A DNA stretch of 64,000 nucleotides from Dictyostelium discoideum (Eukaryota), in the NCBI GenBank assembly GCA_000004695.1, contig CM000152.2, forward strand, positions 512,001 through 576,000, given 5' to 3'. The first letter of the stretch is position 1; the number at the start of each line of letters is the position of its first letter. The notes under the pieces were generated by a model that saw only the letters and a program-made list of their open reading frames with translations, made no database searches and was not told the DNA's origin. The translations under genes and the position numbers were made by a program. Positions 32,041 to 43,789 of the stretch are shown one piece after another.

Positions 32041-33240
32041 TTTAAACTTACCTGACCAAACAGTTGATGCTAATTTTGTCCATGAATTATGGTATTGTTT
32101 ACCATGAACTGAAATAAAACCACCAGCAGATACAGCAATACCTTTAGAGCCATAAAATGGTGCAATAGTATCAACCTTTGTTTTTGAACCATGGAAAATA
32201 ATATTTATATTAGCATTATAACGACATTTTGTAGTTCCCATAATGAATTTACCTTGTACTAAGATATCTTTAACATTCATTGTTAAATTTGAATCAGCAA
32301 AAATTAATTCACTTGTAGCTGGAATAACAATTCTTTGGTAAATTGCGGTTTGTGAAATTGAACATGGACTAATTAAAACTCTTTTTCCGGCTGGAATTGT
32401 AATATTTTCATTTGGTTGTGGAACGAGATTATTTGACCATGTCGATGGATTATGCCAATGGACTAAATCAGAAGCAAGGTATGGACAAGTTGATAAATCT
32501 TGTGGATCTAATGAAACGGATGCTTTTGGAATATTAATTAATTCAGAATCTTTGGTTATTAAATTTGGTGGTGCTACTACTGGTTTAGATGGAACAGTGA
32601 TCTTCATATTTTTATAGAAAATAGTGGTATCATCATAATCCATTGCTCTTGAACGATTGACTTGAAGAATTAAAGTTGAAAGACCAAGATCAACTGGAAC
32701 ACTGAAAGTAATGGTTTTACTTTTATATGTAGTTGATGAAAAATCACCGGTAAAAGTAAAAGAATACATTGGTGCTCTATAACTCCATAAAAGATAATCA
32801 ATATCACCTGGTTTGTAGAATGAAAGAGTCATATTTGAATAGGTAATACCTTGAGTCAAAACTTGGCCTAATTTGAAATCAAATGAAAATTGATAATTAG
32901 TATTGGCTTTAAGGGCTGGAGCTGATTGTTTTGCAACAATTAAAAAGTAATCTGGTGCCCATGCTGGAAGTGCAATAGAGAATTCACTTTCAACATCACT
33001 AACTGGTTGAAGGTTATTTGGGTCGGTCATGCTCCAATAGGCCATGTAATATAAATCATTACCGCCATATACAATATCAGAGGCTAAAGAAGTGGTTGGC
33101 AAAGCTGGAGATACTGGTGAATTGGAACTTGCTGGTGTTGGTCTCCAATTTGAATCTGTTGGACATGTATCTGATTTAACACTGCATATTGCTAAAAAAA
33201 GAATAAAAATCTTTAAAATTTTATTATTTATATTTTTCAT
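29492..33240 (-). CDS. Secreted G8-domain / right-handed beta-helix (PbH1) protein resembling CEMIP/TMEM2/PKHD1-type proteins, with at least 6 exons. The reading frame is interrupted by an in-frame TAA at ~30521
   Basis: Exon 1 (33240..~32052) starts with a signal peptide MKNINNKILKIFILFLAICSVKSD, then a G8-like block (…WSNNLVPQPNENITIPAGKRVLIS…IYQRIVIPATSELIFADSNLTMNVKDILVQGKFIMG…), ending at a GTAAGT donor. Exon 2 (~31936..31644; GDRIIYVQDNINWEVGQQVLITTS…EVALLSRRIIFQGN…GGHVLVSGEGQ) ends at GTAAAT. Exon 3 (~31570..31208) has RYPLHFH…NGHCYYLEDGVEM…NLAAFVHT. Exons 4 and 5 are 30888..31118 and 30521..30814. The last exon(s), …29492, continue in the same frame after the TAA (…AIVDG*TGNILSKSQSYNRQGFQFYD…). 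Several N-glycosylation sequons are present. Confidence 0.7.
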
Positions 33241-34102
33241 TTCTTCTTTGTATTATTATGATTATTTTTAAAAAAACCTTGACCATTTTATATTTTTTTT
33301 TTTATCGTTTTTTTTTTTTTTGTTGATTTTTTTTTTTAAAAAAAAAATCTGTTTGGTGAAGTGGTATTTGAACATGGTTCATTTCACATTCATATCGTTT
33401 ATTTTATTTTTTTTGATTTTTTTGATTTTTTTTTTTTTTTTTTAAAAATTTTTTTTTTTTTAAAAATAATATCTTTTTGATTGAATTAACTGAAAAATGA
33501 TGAATCTATGGAATACTCTATCCAATTCTTTTCTCAGTCCAACAAGATTTTATTAAATTAACCGAAAATACCGAAAAAATGAGATTTTTATTTTATCAGA
33601 ATCACAAAAAAAAAAAAAACTTTTGGGATTTTGAAATTTGATTTATAAATTTGAACTATAATTTTATCAATAATAATAAACAATTATTTACTGCTATTTA
33701 TTACTAATTTTATTTATTATTAAAGTTATATTTGAATTTTTTCTTTGAATATTTAGGAAATATGAATCATATTATTTTAATTTTGTTTTTTTATAGAGGA
33801 ATCACAATCCAAACATTTCCAATTATTGATTAAAAAAAAAAAAATATGTTTCAATTTAAATGGTTTAAAAATGTTCAAACTAAAAAATTATTTAAACGTT
33901 CTAAAATAATAAAACACAGGGAAGAGCAATTTTGATCAAAAAAAATGTTAAAATTAAAAATTTAATAAATAAAAATTTTTTTTTTTTTAACATCACTCAA
34001 TTTGATAATAAATAAAATTTTTTTTTTTTTTTGAATTGGATAACGCAATTATTATTTGCTTCTCCTTGAGATGCTAGATCTCATTTTATTTTTTTTTTTT
34101 TT

Positions 34103-34344
34103 TTACAGGGTCTTTTTGATTAAAACATCTTTTTTGTCCAAACTTTTTTCTAAATCTTTTTTTATTTTATCGTCTGGTTCGTGATTGATGTTTATGACGT
34201 ATTTGAATTGTTTTTTTTTTAATTGAGTTTTATCCACAATTTCGCTTATTTTTTGTAGGCATTTGTGTTGCTTAATATTTGTGGTGTTGTTTGTGATTTT
34301 CATTTTATTTTCTTTCTATCTTTTTTATTTTTCTGATTAACTTG

Positions 34345-34400
<56 letters not shown>
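34103..34400 (-). repeat. 3' copy of the TRE5-A B-module (includes the ORF1 5' fragment), a direct repeat of 35836..36160
   Basis: About 95% identical to 35836..36160 except for a ~35-bp indel (tttaaaaagttaaaaatctggaaatttt is present only in the 5' copy). Both copies end in ctgattaacttgggtt + poly-T. Confidence 0.85.
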
Positions 34401-34405
<5 letters not shown>

Positions 34406-34701
34406 TTATAGAAAGTACTGAGTGAATTATTGTATTTTTTGAGATGTTTAGGAAGTTCTATTGCGGGTGTTGATGATGATTTGTGACACCCCTTGTCCTG
34501 TTTTATCAATTGGTGCGTGGTGTGTTATTTTGTTTTTATATTGTTGATTTATTGAGTAAATTTTATTTGTTTTTATATTTGTTTCAGTTAGAAGTGCTGC
34601 GTCCAGCTTGTTGTTGTCTAAAACGGTGTTTATTATGCTGGCAGATTGGATGGTGTTGGATCCTTGGACGTTCCAAACACCTATTCTTATTGTGTTTTTC
34701 T

Positions 34702-36036
34702 TTATAGTTTTATTTGGGGTAGATTTTTATCTACCTTTTGAAGTTTCTGGTTTATTTTGTCTTCTAACTGATCTTTACTTTGTTCATTGTGTTGTTGGTC
34801 TTGTGTGTTTGTGGGGTTTTTTGATTTATTGATTTGTTTTAGAATTTCCTTGTTGAAGTTGTCTATATCTTCATCCATTTTTGTTTTTATGCTTTTTTGT
34901 CCATATTCACCCAATTTTGGTTTGACTGGTGTTTTGTTGGTCTTGTTTGTTTTGTCTTGTTGTTTCTTTTTTGGTGTGTTTAACAATTTACTTGGTGAAT
35001 CGATAATTTTCGATGGTGTACCATAGGTTGGGCTGAAACTCATGATATGTTTTATTGGAGAGGAGAAGAACCATTGATTTGAAGGGATTGAAAGTGGGAA
35101 TTCTATTTTTCTTATTGCATCAGTGTTTGGGCTGGTGAAGTCGAAGATATCATTTGCCTCTCTAAGTTTTTCTTCCGTTGTTAGTCCCTTTGTTTCGCCG
35201 TGTTGTTTTATTGGTGTATTGTATGGAGATGGTGGTTCGATAGGTTTTTCTGATTTTGTTTTAATTTCTTGATTGTTTATCGATTGTGTATTGATCTCAT
35301 TCTCTATTCTTGTTAGTTCATCTACGTTTTCTAGTGATGCTTCTATTACCTTTTGAGCTGTATCATCTAGGGCCATAAATGTTTTATCATTAGATGAGGA
35401 TGTGATTGGTGGGATAATGATTGTTCTTTTTCCTTGTTTTGGTATTTGTTCTGATGTAGATTGTGGTTGTTGTTCATCTGATTGTTTTTTATTTTTGTTT
35501 TCTTCTTGATTTTCTGGTAATGAGGTTTGATCTCTCCATCCTTTGTTGGAGTGTCCAATTAATGTTAGATTGTCTAGTTCAATGATAGTGTCAAATTCTT
35601 CTACGACTCTTTTCACTGTTTTGATAATTAGAGTTTCGCCTTTAATTTCTGATTTAATTAGTTTACATCCTTCATTTTCTATTACCCATTCTATTTCTGT
35701 GAGTGATTTATACCAATCAAAATCTGTATACATATTTTTTGGTCTTAAAGTGGTTATAAATTGTCCTTTTAATTCTGCATCAAACATATTTACAAAATAG
35801 ATTACTGTACTAATACTGTCTGTGAGAATTTTGAATGTATTATTACTTTTGATTAAAACATCTTTTTTGTCCAAACTTTTTTCTAAATCTTTTTTTATTT
35901 TATCGTCTGGTTCGTGATTGATGTTTATGACGTATTTGAATTGTTTTTTTTTTAATTGAGTTTTATCCACAATTTCGCTTATTTTTTGTAGGCATTTGTG
36001 TTGCTTAATATTTGTGGTGTTGTTTGTGATTTTCAT
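34702..36036 (-). CDS. TRE5-A ORF1 (retrotransposon ORF1 protein, 444 aa)
   Basis: Intact 444-aa ORF inside the element. Its first 63 codons are duplicated verbatim in the downstream B-module copy (ORF 34103..34303, MKITNNTTNIKQHKCLQKISEIVDKTQLKKKQFKYVININHEPDDKIKKDLEKSLDKKDVLIK). Charged low-complexity composition and a size of ~51 kDa fit the published DRE ORF1. Confidence 0.75.
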   Translation of the reverse strand: MKITNNTTNIKQHKCLQKISEIVDKTQLKKKQFKYVININHEPDDKIKKDLEKSLDKKDVLIKSNNTFKILTDSISTVIYFVNMFDAELKGQFITTLRPKNMYTDFDWYKSLTEIEWVIENEGCKLIKSEIKGETLIIKTVKRVVEEFDTIIELDNLTLIGHSNKGWRDQTSLPENQEENKNKKQSDEQQPQSTSEQIPKQGKRTIIIPPITSSSNDKTFMALDDTAQKVIEASLENVDELTRIENEINTQSINNQEIKTKSEKPIEPPSPYNTPIKQHGETKGLTTEEKLREANDIFDFTSPNTDAIRKIEFPLSIPSNQWFFSSPIKHIMSFSPTYGTPSKIIDSPSKLLNTPKKKQQDKTNKTNKTPVKPKLGEYGQKSIKTKMDEDIDNFNKEILKQINKSKNPTNTQDQQHNEQSKDQLEDKINQKLQKVDKNLPQIKL

Positions 36037-36112
36037 TTTATTTTCTTTCTATCTTTTATATTTTTCTTTAAAAAGTTAAAAATCTGGAAATTTTCTGATT
36101 AACTTGGGTTCC

Positions 36113-36149
<37 letters not shown>

Positions 36150-36158
<9 letters not shown>

Positions 36159-37017
36159 TCTTTTTTATATGAAAAATGAAATAATCAAAAAAAGAGATTG
36201 TTGTTGTTGTTTGTTTTTTTCGATCTGATTATTTTTTGCTTTTTTTTTGAAAATTTTGCTACGCAAAATTCTCAAAACGAAACAAATAATAAATTACAAT
36301 AAAGTAAAAAGATGGCTTTTTAAAATAGTTTATTTATTTATTTATTTGTTTTTTAAGTCTTTTTTATATGAAAAATGAAATAATCAAAAAAAGAGATTGT
36401 TGTTGTTGTTTGTTTTTTTCGATCTGATTATTTTTTGCTTTTTTTTTGAAAATTTTGCTACGCAAAATTCTCAAAACGAAACAAATAATAAATTACAATA
36501 AAGTAAAAAGATGGCTTTTTAAAATAGTTTATTTATTTATTTATTTGTTTTTTAAGTCTTTTTTATATGAAAAATGAAATAATCAAAAAAAGAGATTGTT
36601 GTTGTTGTTTGTTTTTTTCGATCTGATTATTTTTTGCTTTTTTTTTGAAAATTTTGCTACGCAAAATTCTCAAAACGAAACAAATAATAAATTACAATAA
36701 AGTAAAAAGATGGCTTTTTAAAATAGTTTATTTATTTATTTATTTGTTTTTTAAGTCTTTTTTATATGAAAAATGAAATAATCAAAAAAAGAGATTGTTG
36801 TTGTTGTTTGTTTTTTTCGATCTGATTATTTTTTGCTTTTTTTTTGAAAATTTTGCTACGCAAAATTCTCAAAACGAAACAAATAATAAATTACAATAAA
36901 GTAAAAAGATGGCTTTTTAAAATAGTTTATTTATTTATTTATTTGTTTTTTAAGTCTTTTTTATATGAAAAATGAAATAATCAAAAAAAGAGATTGTTGT
37001 TGTTGTTTGTTTTTTTT
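36150..37017. repeat. Tandem array of ~199-bp TRE5-A A-modules (4 full units plus a 5'-truncated unit next to the tRNA)
   Basis: The motif taagtcttttttatatgaaaaatgaaataatc recurs at 36155, 36354, 36553, 36752 and 36951, an exact 199-bp period. The units are nearly identical. The outermost unit is truncated at ~37017. Confidence 0.9.
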
Positions 37018-37065
37018 ATAATAAATAAAATGGGGAAGAGCAATTTTTGTTGAAAATATCAATTC

Positions 37066-37137
37066 GCCGTGATAGTATAGTGGTAGTACATCAGATTGTG
37101 GCTCTGTTGACCCTGGTTCGATTCCAGGTCGCGGCAC
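37066..37137 (+). tRNA. tRNA-His (anticodon GUG)
   Basis: GCCGTGATAGTATAGTGGTAGTACATCAGATTGTGGCTCTGTTGACCCTGGTTCGATTCCAGGTCGCGGCA is a clear cloverleaf. It has a 7-bp acceptor stem, an A-box TATAGTGGT in the D-arm, an anticodon loop T-TGTGG-C containing GTG, and a T-arm with B-box GGTTCGATTCC. It closely matches eukaryotic tRNA-His-GTG (GCCGTGAT-GTATAGTGGT-AGTAC…). A poly-T Pol III terminator begins at 37138. Confidence 0.9.
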
Positions 37138-37162
37138 TTTTTTTTAATTTCCCATTTTTGAA

Positions 37163-37177
37163 CTTAGGTTCGATTCC
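37163..37177 (+). promoter_or_regulatory. External B-box (exB), an extra TFIIIC-binding B-box copy ~30 bp downstream of the tRNA gene
   Basis: A second GGTTCGATTCC, identical to the intragenic B-box, lies at aggttcgattcctg, 28 bp past the tRNA 3' end. Most D. discoideum tRNA genes are known to carry such a downstream exB. Confidence 0.7.
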
Positions 37178-37179
37178 TG

Positions 37180-38512
37180 TTTTGGTCAAAAAATAGGAAA
37201 ATATATATTCTAAACAACAATGATATTTCACCAGATATGGATATGGATTCGCAATCAACTTTATAGCGACAACAAAATACAAGACACAACATTAGACTAT
37301 GATATGATTTCAAAAAATGGTATAAATCAGCAACCTTGGACTATATAAATAAAGTTAAAAATTATAAATTATCATCAAAAGAAACACCCTCAATTTGTAA
37401 CAAAACCGAATACATCAAGCAAATTAAAAATATTAAAAACCAAATTATTAAAGAGTATTGTTTATCAAGCACAATACTACCAAATAGAGTAATTGTTGGT
37501 CAATTCATATAAATATAAAAATTTAAATCAAAAAAAATATAAATAAACAAAATAAACTACTATTATTGCTTAGGATTCAAATCTAGCAAATAATTAATAT
37601 AAAAAAAAAAAAAAAAAAAAGATTCCCATATTGAAGGATCATGAGGTTGACATAGACTATGCTAAGATTTCACAAAGGATATTTTGAATGGGATATAAAT
37701 TTGTAAAATATGACCTATCAAGAACCTTAGCATAAAGAAACGTAATGGTATTAACATCTGGGTTTGATCAATTGTATAGAGACGAACCGTCTAAAGATGA
37801 AAAGCTCTCACACTTGATTCTACTTAATAAATGGTACAAACAAGCTACTGCAGAATATATAAAAAAGAAAAAATTAAAAATTAACTCTTTCAAAAGATCT
37901 GGTTTAAAATTTTAAAGACCCAAACGATTTCCTTAAACAAATAACTAAATTAAGAAAATTAACTTACAAACTTATATTTGATAATTCAAATTAAAAAAGA
38001 ATAACTACTTTACATTTTAAAATTAAAATTCATAAATAAAACTATTAATTATTATTTATTTCCTTTAATGGATAAATACTGATTAATCAATATTAAAAAA
38101 AAGAAGTTCTAGATTGATATGGATCTTCTTACTAGTCGGTTTTTGCAGCGTTTTTGATTGCTTCGATGGTTTTTGATTCGATCGAGTTGTTTTTGACTTT
38201 TTGGGATGACTCACCATGACATCATTGGATTCTTAAGATACTCCGAAAGAAGCTTCTGACAACAATGTCATGGAGATCGCACCAAAAATTAAAAGACAAA
38301 TCAATTGAGTCAAAAACCATCGAAGCAACGACTCGTTAGAACAAGAATCAAAACCACTGTAAATTGTAATGGTTGATTACTTAACTTGTTTATCATTAGC
38401 ATTACCCTAACCAATTATCTCTATAACTTGGCCAGCATTTTGTAAATGACCAGATCCAATAAAAATGATATTCTTATTTCTACCAAAAGATTGTGGAGTA
38501 AAAAATAGGTGA

Positions 38513-38520
<8 letters not shown>
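37180..38520. other. Complex, non-coding, non-homopolymeric segment downstream of tRNA-His; possibly a degenerate tRNA-targeted retroelement (TRE3-type) remnant. It contains a nested ~170-bp inverted repeat at 38150..38330
   Basis: No ORF longer than 66 aa despite unusually high sequence complexity for Dictyostelium intergenic DNA. It starts ~100 bp downstream of the tRNA, which is the TRE3 preferred position. There is an internal A22 run at ~37600. The arms ttgcttcgatggtttttga (38160-38178) / tcaaaaaccatcgaagcaa (38303-38321) and ccatgacattg / caatgtcatgg are exact reverse complements. Confidence 0.3.
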
Positions 38521-38551
<31 letters not shown>

Positions 38552-38724
38552 GATTGATTATTTTAAAAATCTTTGATTTTGTTGCATTGAATTCCAAACC
38601 TTGCAAAAATGTAGCTAACAATGTTAAATTGAATTACAACCTTTGAAACTGCTTTTTGGTGAAATTATTCTATTTTTTATTTTTTTATTTTTTTTTTTAT
38701 TTTTTTTACATTTTTATTATTATT

Positions 38725-38757
<33 letters not shown>

Positions 38758-38843
38758 ATTAAACATTAAAAAAAATATTCACCCTAATTAAAATATTGGT
38801 TAAAGAATATAAAATAAGGGTGAATATTATTTTTAAAAGATTA

Positions 38844-38879
<36 letters not shown>

Positions 38880-39037
38880 AACAAACTAAAATAAAAAAAT
38901 GAAAATAAAAAAAAAAAAAATGAAAAAAAATTAAAAAAAGTTTCAAAAAAATGAAAAAAAAAAAAAAATATTTATTTTAAAAAAATAAAAACAAATTAGA
39001 TATTATATATTAATATTCAAAATACAAATATAAGATA

Positions 39038-39810
39038 ATGAGTAAGGCACCAGTAAATATAGTGGATAGACCATTATCTAAAGGTAAGGGTGAAATAAAT
39101 ATTAGTTCATTTGCATTTCTTTTCTCTGAAATGATTCAATATTGTCAAGATAGAATTAAAGCAGGTCATGAACTTGAAAAAAAGTAAGAATTTTATTATT
39201 ATTTTTTTATTTTTTATTTTTTATTTTTTTTATTTTTTTATTTTTTTATAATTATCACTATTACTACTTAATACAAATACATATACATACTAACATCACT
39301 GTTAACAGATTATCAGATATGGGATATTCTATTGGACCAAGATTATTAGAATTATTATGTGTTAGAGAAAAGAATTCTAAAAGAGAAACTAAATTACTTG
39401 GTATATTATCATTCATTCATACAACAGTTTGGAAATCATTATTTGGTAAACCTGCCGATTCATTAGAAAAGAGTACAGAGGCAGATGATGAATATATGAT
39501 TTCTGATAATAATATGGTTGTAAATAAATTTATTTCTTTACCAAAACATTTAAGTAGTTTAAATTGTGCTGCTTTCGTAGCTGGTATAATTGAAGGAATT
39601 TTATGTTCCGCTGAATTTGTAATATTATCATAATAATAATCATAAATAAATAATCATAAATAATTATACTAACTATATATTTAATATTTAATATTATTAT
39701 TTTAGCCAGCAAGAGTCACAGCTCATAATGTTGCAGTTGAGGGTAAAAGATTCCCTAAAACTGTTATTTTAATTAAATTTAATCCAGAAGTTATTGAAAG
39801 AAATGCATAA
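39038..39810 (+). CDS. trappc5: TRAPP complex subunit 5 (TRAPPC5/Trs31, Bet3 family), three exons (approx. 39038..39183, 39309..39618, 39706..39810)
   Basis: The spliced product [49 protein letters not shown] | [103 protein letters not shown] | [34 protein letters not shown] aligns along its whole length with human TRAPPC5 (…EVSLSAFALLFSELVQ…RETKVLGALLFVKGAVWKALFGKEADKLE…NCASFTAGIVEAVL…PAKVTAHWHKGTTLMIKFEEAVI). Donors GTAAGA and GTAATA; acceptors ACAG and TTAG. Confidence 0.9.
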
Positions 39811-40138
39811 ATAATTATAATAATACAATTAACAACAATAAAAAAGAATTTTGTAAAATATAAAAATCATTTTTTTTTTTTTTTTTAACAAATCTAAGAT
39901 TTTAGGATTTTTTTTTTTTTTTTTTTTGTTAATTAATTTGGTGGTAATTTAATGTTTAAATTTGAATTCAATTTTTTCATCCAATTCCACCAGATTTTTT
40001 TTTTTTTTTTTTATTTTTAATTTTTTTTATTTTTTTTTTTTTTATTTTTTATTTTTTTTTTTTTTTTAATCAAATTCTAGAGAAAAAAAAAAGAAAAAAG
40101 TAAATCATTTTAAATGCACATTTTTTTAAAACAATTAA

Positions 40139-42805
<2,667 letters not shown>

Positions 42806-42944
42806 TAAAAATAAATTTAATTTAAATAATATTTTTTATTACTTTTTGGTGAAGTTTTTTTTTTGTCTTTATTTTCTTTTTTTTTTTTTTAATTTTTTTT
42901 TTTTTTTTTTTTGAAATTTCACATATCTACAAAATTTTAAAAAA

Positions 42945-43789
42945 ATGAAAGAAATAGATGATATTGTGGGACAATTGTGTGATAAAATTATTAATGAATT
43001 TCAAAAACATGATAAAAATGAAAAGTTTTTAGTATGTTTGGCAGGACCTCCAGGATCAGGAAAATCAACAATTTCAGAATCTTTAGTTAAAGAATTAAAT
43101 AAAAAATTAAAAGAAAATAATAGTAATAGTAATAATAATAATAATAATAATTCATCATCACCAGCTGTTATAATACCAATGGATGGTTATCATTTAGATA
43201 ATTGTATTTTAAAAGAAAGAGATTTATTAAATAGAAAAGGTTCACCACAAACTTTTGATATAGTTGGTTTCATTCATATGCTAAATAGATTAAAAGATCA
43301 AGGTGTAAATAATAATAATGAAAATGAAAATGAAAATAATGATATAAATAAATTATCAATTTATATACCAACATTTGATAGAGATATAGACTTATCTAAA
43401 AATGCTTCTTTTACTGTTACAACTTCAAACAGTTTATTAATTGTTGAAGGTTTGTTAATTTTTTTTTTTTTTTTTTTTTTTTTCAATTCTTATTTTAAAA
43501 AATTAATAATAATAATAACAATAATAATAAATTTTATAAAATAGGAAATTATTTATTATTAAATCAAGAACCTTGGTGTAAATTAAAAAAATTATTTAAT
43601 ATTTGTATATATGTTCAAGTAGAATTACCATGTTTAGAGAAAAGATTAATAAAAAGATGGACCACCCACAATCATAATCTTGAAGCAGCAACAACAAGAG
43701 CACTTTCAAATGATATTCCAAATGCTATATTAGTTTCTAATAATTCAAATTTAGAAAATGTTTTGGTAATTGAAAATAATGATAAATAA
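42945..43789 (+). CDS. P-loop nucleoside/sugar kinase of the phosphoribulokinase/uridine-kinase (PRK) family, two exons (42945..~43449, ~43545..43789)
   Basis: Walker A motif FLVCLAGPPGSGKSTISESL; the family motifs IIPMDGYHLD and IYIPTFDR. A GTTTGT donor after …LLIVEG joins in frame to GNYLLLNQEPWCKLKKLFNICIYVQVELPCLEKRLIKRWTTHNHNLEAATTRALSNDIPNAILVSNNSNLENVLVIENNDK*. Similar to yeast/plant PRK-family ATP-dependent kinases. Confidence 0.75.

Larger units (their letters stand above)
33975..37017 (-). mobile_element. TRE5-A (DRE) tRNA-gene-targeted non-LTR (LINE-like) retrotransposon, an ORF2-deleted (TRE5-A.2-like) copy. Architecture on the minus strand: [~4.3 tandem A-modules]-[B-module]-[ORF1]-[~300-bp remnant]-[B-module]-[C-module]-oligo(A)
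   Basis: The direction-matched copy of the B-module, including the first 63 ORF1 codons, occurs at 35836..36160 and again at 34103..34400. This fits the known DRE/TRE5-A layout with B-modules at both ends. Tandem ~199-bp A-modules run 36150..37017, and the element ends ~50 bp upstream of tRNA-His. This is the characteristic TRE5 insertion position and orientation (5' end facing the tRNA). At the other end, a ~130-bp C-module-like segment (34103..33975) terminates in oligo(A) on the element strand. Only ORF1 is intact, and the ORF2 region is reduced to ~300 bp (34400..34700). Confidence 0.85.

Noticed and set aside
34103-36160. ~300-bp direct repeats flanking a 1.5-kb ORF-containing segment, resembling LTRs of an LTR retrotransposon
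   Set aside because: The repeats are the B-modules of the non-LTR element TRE5-A (known to have B-modules at both ends), and they include the ORF1 start. The element also has tandem A-modules, a C-module + oligo(A) and the tRNA-proximal position. It encodes no integrase or RT and has no PBS or PPT.
36150-37017. Regular 199-bp tandem array considered as a CRISPR-like or satellite repeat
   Set aside because: This is a eukaryotic genome, the units are identical with no unique spacers, and the array is the known A-module amplification at the 5' end of TRE5-A.
37091-37282. 63-aa ORF on the minus strand overlapping the tRNA-His gene
   Set aside because: It is antisense to a bona fide tRNA, runs through the Pol III terminator and exB box, and has no codon bias. 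It is spurious.
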